From a virus (taxonomy: Duplodnaviria > Caudoviricetes), in IMG/VR virus record IMGVR_UViG_3300020403_000062, positions 1 to 28,257 of that record: a stretch of DNA of 28,257 nucleotides; one strand, given 5' to 3'. This document shows, one piece after another, positions 14,196-22,037 of the stretch. Each line of letters opens with the position of its first letter. Within the stretch, counting starts at the first letter, position 1. Under the pieces are notes generated by a model. That model was given only the letters and a program-made list of their open reading frames with translations. It searched no databases and had not been told where the DNA came from. The translations under genes and the position numbers were made by a program.

Positions 14196-14325
14196 TTATT
14201 ACCACCTTTTCTTCTGTTTTATTTTTGTGTTCGCTCCAAGCCATAGTTATAGCGATTAGCGCAAAAGAAATATAGGCCGCCATAATTATCTGAAGCGGCA
14301 GTTTAAAAAACATCAGTATCTTCAT
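14170..14325 (-). CDS. 51-aa putative single-pass membrane protein (not in the ORF track)
   Basis: ATGA overlap with the helicase stop; hydrophobic segment LPLQIIMAAYISFALIAITMAW; fills the gap in the operon. Confidence 0.55.
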   Translation of the reverse strand: MKILMFFKLPLQIIMAAYISFALIAITMAWSEHKNKTEEKVVINESCRNPV

Positions 14326-15845
14326 ATCCAATAGCTCCTATTCATGTCTTCCGGTTCCATCAGGTAAAGGTTTTGCTTTGTTCTGGTTACCCCGACGTAG
14401 AACACACGATGTAAATCATCGGGGGCTGTCTCTGATGCTTTTACTGCCGCCGGAGATAGGTCCGTGTACAACGCAACATTCTCCGCTTCTCCACCCTTAG
14501 ATCCGTGGATCGTGGACAGGTTAATACGAGGCACGGCATTAAATTTTTCGCCCCGTCGTAACAAAGCCGTGATGTATGCCCGCTCGCGGCTGGGCATCTT
14601 ATCCATAGCCTCATGCCATATCATATCAACGGTAGCGACAAGACCGTGGTTAGTTGTCAACTCTTGCAAGCTAACTAATTCATCATCGTCCAGCGCAGGC
14701 AGTTTCTTAAAACCACGACGAACGCGGTCGCCCACCGACATGAAGTTATATATAGAACGCGCTACCTTGCCTGTAACTGACTTGCCTTTACGCAACTGCT
14801 CCCAGCCGTTCACGGCCTCGCTTATTGCTTCAGATATGGACCGTCGGCCGCGGTAGGCGAACAGATATCCACGGCTTTTTAGGTCTTCAGTTGCCCGCTC
14901 CAAAAAGTAACCGGCTTGCGCTAGTATAAGCCACGTACCTTGGTCAAAGTTTAGATAACTGGTATCCGGTATATGTTGGACGAGACCCTCTTCTTCACGA
15001 GGCAAATAGTTCTTCGGGACGCGGCGTTTGATGCGTTTGGCTACTCTCTCAGCTAGTGGGTGCACAGAGGATGGCACACGATAGGATTGCTCCAGTACGT
15101 CGTAGCCGCCATTCAGGCCGATGAAGTGCTCGACATCTGCGCCAGCCCAGCGGTAGATAGCTTGGTCGTCATCACCGGCGCAATAGATCCGTGAGCTATG
15201 TTCTTCGAGCACATGAGCTACGTCCCATTGCAGTGGGGACAAGTCCTGCGCCTCGTCGATAAAAGTAAGCGCGAGCCGCGGGCAGAAAGCTGCGCCCTCT
15301 CGCACAAAGACTTCGAGCATATCGGTGAAGTCATACAGGTTCCATCGGTTCTTATATTCTTGCAGGCTGTCAGCTATGTATTTGACCGTTGTCCAATCTA
15401 GATTAATCTCGCTCTGATCATACTGCTCACGCAGGTCTACCTTACGTAATCGGGCAAGGTTAATCAGGCTGATGGCAGGGTTATCTGTTTTAGTCAGGTC
15501 AAACACATCGTCGGAGCCTGCCTTATCTACGGTCAGGTCAAAGCCCAGTGCGAAGCCTAACTCTTTATAGTGCTCCGGTTGCATCACCTGTTCCTGACGG
15601 ATACCTGATAGCTTCAATGCAAAGCTGTGTAACGTCCGGAACCACGGCAGTTGTGACTTCTCCAGATTAAAACGAGAGCAGGCCCGCTCCACAGCTTCGT
15701 TTGCCGCCTGTCTGGTGAACGCAAAGTAACCAATATGTGAAGGGTTCACACCAGCGTGAAGAGCTTCGTCAATCTTGTTCAGAAGCGTGGTGGTCTTCCC
15801 CGTTCCGGGCGGACCATAGATGCGAAATATCTTAGTATTCCTCAT
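14322..15845 (-). CDS. UvrD/Rep-family SF1 helicase
   Basis: GPPGTGKTT, AFTRQAA, TLHS, DEAQD, GDDDQAIY, QSYR, STIHGSKGGEA, YVGVTR; start at ATG 15845. Confidence 0.95.
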   Translation of the reverse strand: MRNTKIFRIYGPPGTGKTTTLLNKIDEALHAGVNPSHIGYFAFTRQAANEAVERACSRFNLEKSQLPWFRTLHSFALKLSGIRQEQVMQPEHYKELGFALGFDLTVDKAGSDDVFDLTKTDNPAISLINLARLRKVDLREQYDQSEINLDWTTVKYIADSLQEYKNRWNLYDFTDMLEVFVREGAAFCPRLALTFIDEAQDLSPLQWDVAHVLEEHSSRIYCAGDDDQAIYRWAGADVEHFIGLNGGYDVLEQSYRVPSSVHPLAERVAKRIKRRVPKNYLPREEEGLVQHIPDTSYLNFDQGTWLILAQAGYFLERATEDLKSRGYLFAYRGRRSISEAISEAVNGWEQLRKGKSVTGKVARSIYNFMSVGDRVRRGFKKLPALDDDELVSLQELTTNHGLVATVDMIWHEAMDKMPSRERAYITALLRRGEKFNAVPRINLSTIHGSKGGEAENVALYTDLSPAAVKASETAPDDLHRVFYVGVTRTKQNLYLMEPEDMNRSYWI

Positions 15846-16077
15846 CGTGCAGAGCCTGAATGCTTGGCAGAATTTTGACAAACATTGGGGTTTGTTTCCC
15901 TACCCACGCCCCGACGACATTGTAATACATAAACTCTACGGCGTCGTCAAAGTTCATACCGTCTCGCTCACACAAGATTGCGACACATTTATCAAAGTCG
16001 TATACCGCAATATCTTCCTGACCGGCACGTTGGCCAATACCTAAAAACGCATCATCAAATCCATCTGCCACTAACAT
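15832..16077 (-). CDS. Phage hypothetical protein (81 aa)
   Basis: TAATG-coupled; ADGFDDAFLG..AVYD..AVEF..YN..GAWVG..TP pattern recalled from marine phages. Confidence 0.8.
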   Translation of the reverse strand: MLVADGFDDAFLGIGQRAGQEDIAVYDFDKCVAILCERDGMNFDDAVEFMYYNVVGAWVGKQTPMFVKILPSIQALHDEEY

Positions 16078-17621
16078 TAGAAGGGTGCCTCCGATTGTTC
16101 TGCCTGAAACTTAGGTGGCTTCATGTCCACCTCAGCTATCCGGTATGCAGGTATTACCCACACTCTTACCGGTCGTCCTTTAATCTTCATCTGACGGCTT
16201 TCTCCGCCCATGTCACGCAAGCGTTGAGCTACCTTGTGCGTCTTGTATTCAAAAAACTTGTTTCGCTTCAAAAACGCTTCAAAGTCTTTTAAACGGAAAA
16301 GTGTCTCTCCCGCTTCCTCATCTGTCCATGGACGCTTCAGCAAGATTTCTTCTTTGTCATTCGCTGTCTGTAAGTGGACGCAGAACTCTTCAAGGTAATC
16401 ATAGAACTGGCCACTAATGCTAGCATCTTCTGCCACTTCTATAACTGCACTCTCATTGTCCTTCATCTCAGTCAACAGCCCACCGATACGGCCTTCCCAT
16501 ACCTGCTTGCTCACTGAGCGTGGCATGAAGTTAAGTTGCTCCATACAGGCTTTCTGGAAAGTTGGCTGGCTCATCAGACCCTCTGTGTCCAGCTCCAGCG
16601 GCTCGCCATTTACATCGACAAACCAGACCGGCGGGATGGAGTCATACTTACGAAGGTTCGCGATAGCCGCGCCTTGTATGGCCGCCCCGATGCCGTGCTT
16701 TCTGGTTTGACATAGCTCTTTGTTACAGTGTGCGTTGATCGGACTGTCACCACAGCGATAGGCGTAGTCTTTCTTCTCTAACTGCTTTGCCACAATGTTG
16801 ACTTCATTCAGCGGCAACGGCGGCTCAAGATAAGTTAGATTATATGTCAGGATTTCGGACTCCCAGCTATCAGGATATGCTTTGCGTAAATACACACCAA
16901 TATTGAACAGACCGTTATTCCTGCCACCCTCACTGATTTTGTTCTTCAGCAAGTGTTGCAAGCATGGCGGTCCGTCCTTCATCGGGACAGACTCTTTGGC
17001 CTCGTCACCTATCTGAAGTTTAAGCAACTGCTCAGGGGTCTGCTTATGCGCCTCGTAGAGCGCGATAAACTCTTCTAAGGTAGCTGAGGTGCCATCATCC
17101 TTAATCGCGTAACGTAGGCCATCCTCAGCGTCGTAATACGGCAGGTTTAAAAAGTTACCTACGTCATCCCTGTCGAGACGGAGCTTAACCTGTTTTGGAA
17201 AGATTTCACACCCACCATAACCTAACGCGGCAGATATCTCTTGCAGGGTAGATTGCATATCTTTGGCTTCTACCCATTCTGTGGTGAACAAAAAGCAGTG
17301 CGCTCCACCGGACTTTGACCGGCAGACGATGAGAGGCAGTTTCATCTTTCTTATCTTTTCGACAAGAAGCTTATGATCTAATGGATATTGATCAATGTCG
17401 ATACAGCCCCAAACAGAGAGGTTGTCTTCATTGATTGGAATAATTCCAACAGAACGTCCCTTACCGGACAGGTGTCCCTCCCAGAGAGCCGCGGTCCGTG
17501 GTTCGCGCACGATGGCGGCCCGTCCGGAGTGCTTTCCGTTCGCCTGTTGTTTTTCTATTTTATATGTGCCATACGCGAGCTTGAGCCCGTCGAAAATGGC
17601 TGAAAACTTTTCTACAGACAT
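16077..17621 (-). CDS. AEP-superfamily primase/prim-pol with PriCT-like domain (514 aa)
   Basis: WGCIDID (DxD), RSKSGGAH, GNFLNLPY, PPC..GGRNNGLFNIG, Cys cluster; start at ATG 17621. Confidence 0.85.
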   Translation of the reverse strand: MSVEKFSAIFDGLKLAYGTYKIEKQQANGKHSGRAAIVREPRTAALWEGHLSGKGRSVGIIPINEDNLSVWGCIDIDQYPLDHKLLVEKIRKMKLPLIVCRSKSGGAHCFLFTTEWVEAKDMQSTLQEISAALGYGGCEIFPKQVKLRLDRDDVGNFLNLPYYDAEDGLRYAIKDDGTSATLEEFIALYEAHKQTPEQLLKLQIGDEAKESVPMKDGPPCLQHLLKNKISEGGRNNGLFNIGVYLRKAYPDSWESEILTYNLTYLEPPLPLNEVNIVAKQLEKKDYAYRCGDSPINAHCNKELCQTRKHGIGAAIQGAAIANLRKYDSIPPVWFVDVNGEPLELDTEGLMSQPTFQKACMEQLNFMPRSVSKQVWEGRIGGLLTEMKDNESAVIEVAEDASISGQFYDYLEEFCVHLQTANDKEEILLKRPWTDEEAGETLFRLKDFEAFLKRNKFFEYKTHKVAQRLRDMGGESRQMKIKGRPVRVWVIPAYRIAEVDMKPPKFQAEQSEAPF

Positions 17622-17637
17622 GATAATTCCCAAGGGC

Positions 17638-17703
17638 GGGGCGACAGAAAGGTAATGCTTGGAGAAAACAGCCATTCTCCGGTGAAATTATCTCTGCCGC
17701 CCC
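17638..17703 (-). promoter_or_regulatory. Long interrupted intergenic stem-loop
   Basis: Nested arms 17638-17648/17693-17703, 17651-17656/17687-17692 and 17661-17666/17675-17680; no U-tract. Confidence 0.65.
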
Positions 17704-17709
17704 TACTGT

Positions 17710-18498
17710 TTAGAACGGGATGTCGTCCGGTGTTTCGTTACCAGCGGACTCATCTTGGTGCTTCACAACCACATCGCCTTCGGTAATGCTCTTAGCAAAA
17801 TCTTTGGCGCGTTGGTATGTAGCCGCATCCTCTACAGGACCGACGCGGCTCATTTCCCAGCCATGCCAGCTACCCTTGCTGTTTTCTTCGAGCAGGGTCT
17901 TCAGTAGATAAACGTGGCTAAAACGTGGCGGTGTGAAAGGCCCGTTCTTACCTTGCATCGTCAGTGACGATATCATGCTGTTCCACTTACGCGACTTCTT
18001 CAGTTGCGTGGACTTCATGGCGATAAGTGCAGTTTCCGCCGCACCATCTTCATGCAGTACGATTACAAAGTGCTGATGCGTTTCCTCGATGTACTGACCG
18101 GAACCGTCCATGACGTATTCCTTGTTGTCCTCTGTGGACCGCTCAGTCTTTGGCATTGTTTCGCCGGGGCTGTAGATAGCCGTCGGTGCGCCAGTGCCTT
18201 CGCCACGGGGGGCCCACTGAATAAAGCGACGCTGGTAAGCGACAGGTATTACTTTAATACCATCCTTACCCTTGTAGACCGCGCCGGTCACAGTATTGTA
18301 GATGTCACCCTTCCGAGCGTCTTCCAGATCGTCAAGCTCTTTACTCATACCGCCCAGAATTTTGAGGAACGGCAGGGCAAGATCGTCTTGACCCATATTT
18401 TCTAAACCAACGCCAGCATCTTCCTCGAACATTGTTGGGTCAAACTGGACGATTTCAGCAGTTTTTTGCTCTGCTACAGCACTCTTCTTTTCAGCCAT
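17710..18498 (-). CDS. Probable single-stranded DNA-binding protein
   Basis: Acidic C-terminus ending DDIPF; position in the replication operon. Confidence 0.7.
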   Translation of the reverse strand: MAEKKSAVAEQKTAEIVQFDPTMFEEDAGVGLENMGQDDLALPFLKILGGMSKELDDLEDARKGDIYNTVTGAVYKGKDGIKVIPVAYQRRFIQWAPRGEGTGAPTAIYSPGETMPKTERSTEDNKEYVMDGSGQYIEETHQHFVIVLHEDGAAETALIAMKSTQLKKSRKWNSMISSLTMQGKNGPFTPPRFSHVYLLKTLLEENSKGSWHGWEMSRVGPVEDAATYQRAKDFAKSITEGDVVVKHQDESAGNETPDDIPF

Positions 18499-19076
18499 TA
18501 CTTGCTCCTTTTCACGACGGCTCTTTGTCCGATGTACGCTCCGAAGAGTTCCATCGGAAATTCGTCACCACTTTCCACCCGTTCTTTAACGAACGCACGG
18601 AGTGTTTGCGGATGTATTTCCGTTTTTTGTTCGGCATAGTAGCCTTGCTTTTCAGCGAAGGCTTTGAAGGCCGACGCTTGGTCGTCTTCGCCTCTGCCAA
18701 ACGCACAGGCAACCGTATTTTTGATGATGTCATCGTGACCATGCTCCCTTAGCCATTCGTATGCGGCTGGTCGATTGTCAACGAGGATGGATGCCCCATA
18801 AGTTGGCTTGACGGTCACCTCAGAGCCATCGTCAAGTTTCATGCTGGTCAGACCAATCTCTGCAAGCATGGTAGGCAGTTCTTCATCAGTGAGTTTAAGC
18901 AAAGCTTTCTTTTCGTCCTTCAGCTTTTGCTCAAGGGCGGCAACTTCTTGCTCTTTGTCACGGATTGCTCGGGCCATACCAGCGACTGTGGTTAAGTCAC
19001 CTTGGTCCATTTTTTCGACGGAAGATGCCATACTCTTTTCAAAGTCGGCTTCCATCTGATCGAATATATCGCTCAT
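18498..19076 (-). CDS. Phage replication-module protein of unknown function (192 aa)
   Basis: GGAG RBS; coiled-coil N-terminus; WLREHGHDDIIK and IHPQTLRAFVKE motifs. Confidence 0.8.
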   Translation of the reverse strand: MSDIFDQMEADFEKSMASSVEKMDQGDLTTVAGMARAIRDKEQEVAALEQKLKDEKKALLKLTDEELPTMLAEIGLTSMKLDDGSEVTVKPTYGASILVDNRPAAYEWLREHGHDDIIKNTVACAFGRGEDDQASAFKAFAEKQGYYAEQKTEIHPQTLRAFVKERVESGDEFPMELFGAYIGQRAVVKRSK

Positions 19077-19113
19077 CGCGTTTCTCCATTCGTTGTTAAA
19101 GGCACCGTTCGGG

Positions 19114-19158
19114 CCTTGACATAATCATATATATTCTTATATACTCGCATTGTCAAGG
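19114..19158. promoter_or_regulatory. Overlapping divergent promoters
   Basis: Plus: TTGACA (19116)-N18-TATACT; minus: TTGACA (19156)-N17-TATATA; bounded by inverted repeat CCTTGACA/TGTCAAGG. Confidence 0.75.
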
Positions 19159-19166
19159 AGAAAAAC

Positions 19167-20615
19167 GTGTCAAAATATAATTTTAAAACAAAGCCCTATG
19201 ATCATCAGCATCAGGCATGGAAAGACTCGTGGTCCGCAGAATACTATGCGCTGTTCATGGAAATGGGAACAGGCAAATCGAAAGTCGCAATAGATACCAT
19301 TGGTGCGTTGTACACCACCGGAAGAATTAACGCGGCTTTAATCGTAGCTCCGAAGGGTGTGTATGACAACTGGGTCAAGGGAGAAATACCCGCGCATCTG
19401 TCTGACAACGTAAAACGTATGATTGTGCGTTGGACACCGTCATCAGCTAAAAAGTTTCAGGAAGAAATGAAAGAGCTGGTGTATAAACCGTTTGACGGCC
19501 TCAAAATATTTGTGATGAACGTCGAGGCGTTGTCCACACCACGTGGCACAAAGGCCGCTTTTGCTTTTTTAAAAAATAATCCTGATAACATCATGGTGGT
19601 GGATGAGAGCACGACGATCAAGAACCGCAAAGCCACTCGCACCAAGAACGTAATGATGCTATCTGACGAGGCTAAGTATCGGCGCATCTTAACGGGCTCG
19701 CCTGTTACAAAGTCTCCAATGGACTTGTTTGCTCAGTGCACCTTTTTGGCTGAACGTGCGCTTGGCTTCAATAGTTACTACGCCTTTCAAAATAGGTACG
19801 CTGTTGTACAAAAACGAAAAATGGGAAACCGTGCGTTTCAGGAGATCGTGGCGTACCGTCGGCTAGATGAGTTAAATGAAAAATTAGAAAAGTTTAGCAA
19901 CCGTATTTTGAAAGAAGATTGTTTAGATTTGCCAGATAAGGTCTACACTAAACGTGAGGTGCCTCTAACAGATGAGCAAAAAAAGTTATATGTCCAGATG
20001 AAAAAGCTTGCTCTTGCTCAGCTAGATAATGGCGAGCTGGCCACAACCGCTAGTGTGTTGACACAAATTATGCGGTTACAGCAAATCTGTTGCGGGCATA
20101 TCACAGATGACGACGGTAACACCGTTCCTGTAGCAAGCAACAGATACAAAGAATTGGTTGACATCTGCGACGAGTTACAGGGAAAGGCAATCATTTGGGC
20201 GACCTATACACAGGACATTCAACAGATAGCCTCTACCCTGCGCGACCGCTTTGGGCCCGAGGCGGTCGCAACTTATTATGGCGATACGGCACAAGACGAC
20301 AGACAGGATACCGTCTCTAAGTTTCAGGATAAGGACAGTGCGCTACGGTTCTTTGTCGGCCAGCCTAAGACCGGTGGCTATGGTATCACTCTAACTGCGG
20401 CCAATACGGTCATTTATTTTAGCAACAGCTATGATTTAGAGATTAGATTGCAGTCGGAAGACCGTGCTCACCGTATCAGCCAGTCAAATAAGGTCACCTA
20501 TGTTGACCTTGTTGCGCCGGACACTATTGATGAAAAGATACTCAAAGCTTTGAGAGGCAAGATTGACCTTGCGGGTAAGGTTCTGGGCGAGGAAGCACGG
20601 GACTGGTTGCTTTAA
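19167..20615 (+). CDS. SNF2-like SF2 helicase/ATPase
   Basis: MEMGTGKS, DEST, LTGSP, RLQQI, GGYGITLT, QSEDRAHRI; AAGGAG RBS before GTG. Confidence 0.93.
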   Translation: MSKYNFKTKPYDHQHQAWKDSWSAEYYALFMEMGTGKSKVAIDTIGALYTTGRINAALIVAPKGVYDNWVKGEIPAHLSDNVKRMIVRWTPSSAKKFQEEMKELVYKPFDGLKIFVMNVEALSTPRGTKAAFAFLKNNPDNIMVVDESTTIKNRKATRTKNVMMLSDEAKYRRILTGSPVTKSPMDLFAQCTFLAERALGFNSYYAFQNRYAVVQKRKMGNRAFQEIVAYRRLDELNEKLEKFSNRILKEDCLDLPDKVYTKREVPLTDEQKKLYVQMKKLALAQLDNGELATTASVLTQIMRLQQICCGHITDDDGNTVPVASNRYKELVDICDELQGKAIIWATYTQDIQQIASTLRDRFGPEAVATYYGDTAQDDRQDTVSKFQDKDSALRFFVGQPKTGGYGITLTAANTVIYFSNSYDLEIRLQSEDRAHRISQSNKVTYVDLVAPDTIDEKILKALRGKIDLAGKVLGEEARDWLL

Positions 20616-21535
20616 TCGAACAGGCTTCCAAGTCCAACTTGGCTAGCCATTGTCTTACCTGTACCTGCGATCTGATCAAGAAAGTTTTTCTGTTTCTGTG
20701 TGCTAGATCTGCCACCAGTAGACGCTGAAGTATACGTGTTACCTCGTCTAGCTAAGTTGCCTTTGTATGTAGTTTGACCGGGCAAGGTTCCAAATACGTT
20801 TTGCACGGTGTCTAGAAAAGCAACATCTGTGGTCGGAGCTGTTGTAGCCTGCGGGTTGTTCACGCCGGAAGTAAGCGCATCCATAACCCTATTTTGGTCC
20901 AAGGAGCCAATGCCCTGTTGGTTAACACTAGAGGTGTTGAAGGGCATACTGAAATTCAAACCAACACCTTGATTTGCTGGATCAAAGGTGGGAGTTAGTG
21001 TTCCGGGCCCTAAATCAACACTTAATGGGTTTACGTTCTGTTGTGTGGGTGGACTGTAAGTGTTTACGTTCGCAGCAGGAGCCATGTTTATCATATCTGC
21101 CATGGACGGCAGGGAAGTTACACTAGGAAGCTCCGTGGTGAAGGAAGCCGGAGTAAGGGTCGACACGTTTTGCTGAGGAGTAACATTAGCTAAGCTGTCT
21201 GGAACTCTTGCCCCAAAAAGATCGCCAAGGCTAGGCGCGTTTTGTGCATTTGGCGGCGGAGCGGAGAAATCTTGTAAGCCCCGTTTTGCCTCTAAAGAAT
21301 CCTGAGCGGCTCGATTAACTATGTTAAGCGTTTCTTGCTTAGTAGGCGGAGCCGGTCTACCCCGTTTAGGTTCTTGGGCCGCGGCTTTTTTATTTTGCTT
21401 AGAAGGTGACTTGCCACCGCCACCACCGCTGTCACCACCACCGTCACCACCAAAGCAGTAGAACTTGGCTTCAAACTCGTTCAGGTGATCAAAATCTTGG
21501 TTAAGGCCGTCCGACCAACGCTTTTTATACAGCAC
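20612..21535 (-). CDS. Low-complexity probable internal virion/ejection protein with CFGG-polyGly motif (307 aa)
   Basis: FYCFGGDGGGDSGGGGGK at residues 25-42; Pro/Ser/Thr/Gln-rich; G(I/L)GSL motif shared with the C-terminus of the 1182-aa protein. Confidence 0.6.
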   Translation of the reverse strand: MLYKKRWSDGLNQDFDHLNEFEAKFYCFGGDGGGDSGGGGGKSPSKQNKKAAAQEPKRGRPAPPTKQETLNIVNRAAQDSLEAKRGLQDFSAPPPNAQNAPSLGDLFGARVPDSLANVTPQQNVSTLTPASFTTELPSVTSLPSMADMINMAPAANVNTYSPPTQQNVNPLSVDLGPGTLTPTFDPANQGVGLNFSMPFNTSSVNQQGIGSLDQNRVMDALTSGVNNPQATTAPTTDVAFLDTVQNVFGTLPGQTTYKGNLARRGNTYTSASTGGRSSTQKQKNFLDQIAGTGKTMASQVGLGSLFD

Positions 21536-22037
21536 AGCAATATCTCCTCACATCAAGTTCGGACTGTACTCCTGTTGCGTAGCCCAACCTTTTACCCAGA
21601 GCCTGACGGATAAAATTGGCCCCATCTAATGGATAGCTTTCAATGTAGCGTTCCGTCAAAACCTTTTGTACAAATCTACCTACTTTTAATGCGTTGTTAT
21701 ACGGTGCTATGAAATCTATCACGTATAGCATACCATCATCAGGACCGTTGCTCCAGATGTCTGAAGTTAATTTTTTAGACCCGTCTTTATAACCCGCCTC
21801 TTGTTCTTTGTTCAGAAACGCATATGAGAAAAGGCCCGTGGGCCACGCTTCCTTGTGCGCTTTCTCCTTAACGTCGCCATAGTCGTACATGACAAGAAGC
21901 TTGTCTTCTTTTAGTGCAGGTATGACCAGCCGTTCAAGGTCATGCAAAAACCAATCACGGTGCATTTCAGACTGTAACATCAGCTCAATAACAGCCGGTA
22001 TGTTAGATGACACTTTGTTAGAGCAGACGCAACTCAT
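21525..22037 (-). CDS. RTX toxin-activating lysine acyltransferase (HlyC/TAAT)-like protein
   Basis: LMLQSEMHRDW..VIPAL, PTGLFSYAFL..E..Y, DIW..G, YVIDFIAPY match HlyC SPLHRNW..VLPAI, PVAYCSWANL..E.KY, DW.SG, WFIDWIAPF. Confidence 0.85.
   Translation of the reverse strand: MSCVCSNKVSSNIPAVIELMLQSEMHRDWFLHDLERLVIPALKEDKLLVMYDYGDVKEKAHKEAWPTGLFSYAFLNKEQEAGYKDGSKKLTSDIWSNGPDDGMLYVIDFIAPYNNALKVGRFVQKVLTERYIESYPLDGANFIRQALGKRLGYATGVQSELDVRRYCCAV

Noticed and set aside
20650-21460. RTX toxin as the HlyC substrate
   Set aside because: No GGxGxDxLx nonapeptide array or secretion genes are visible; the Gly run is a single short tract
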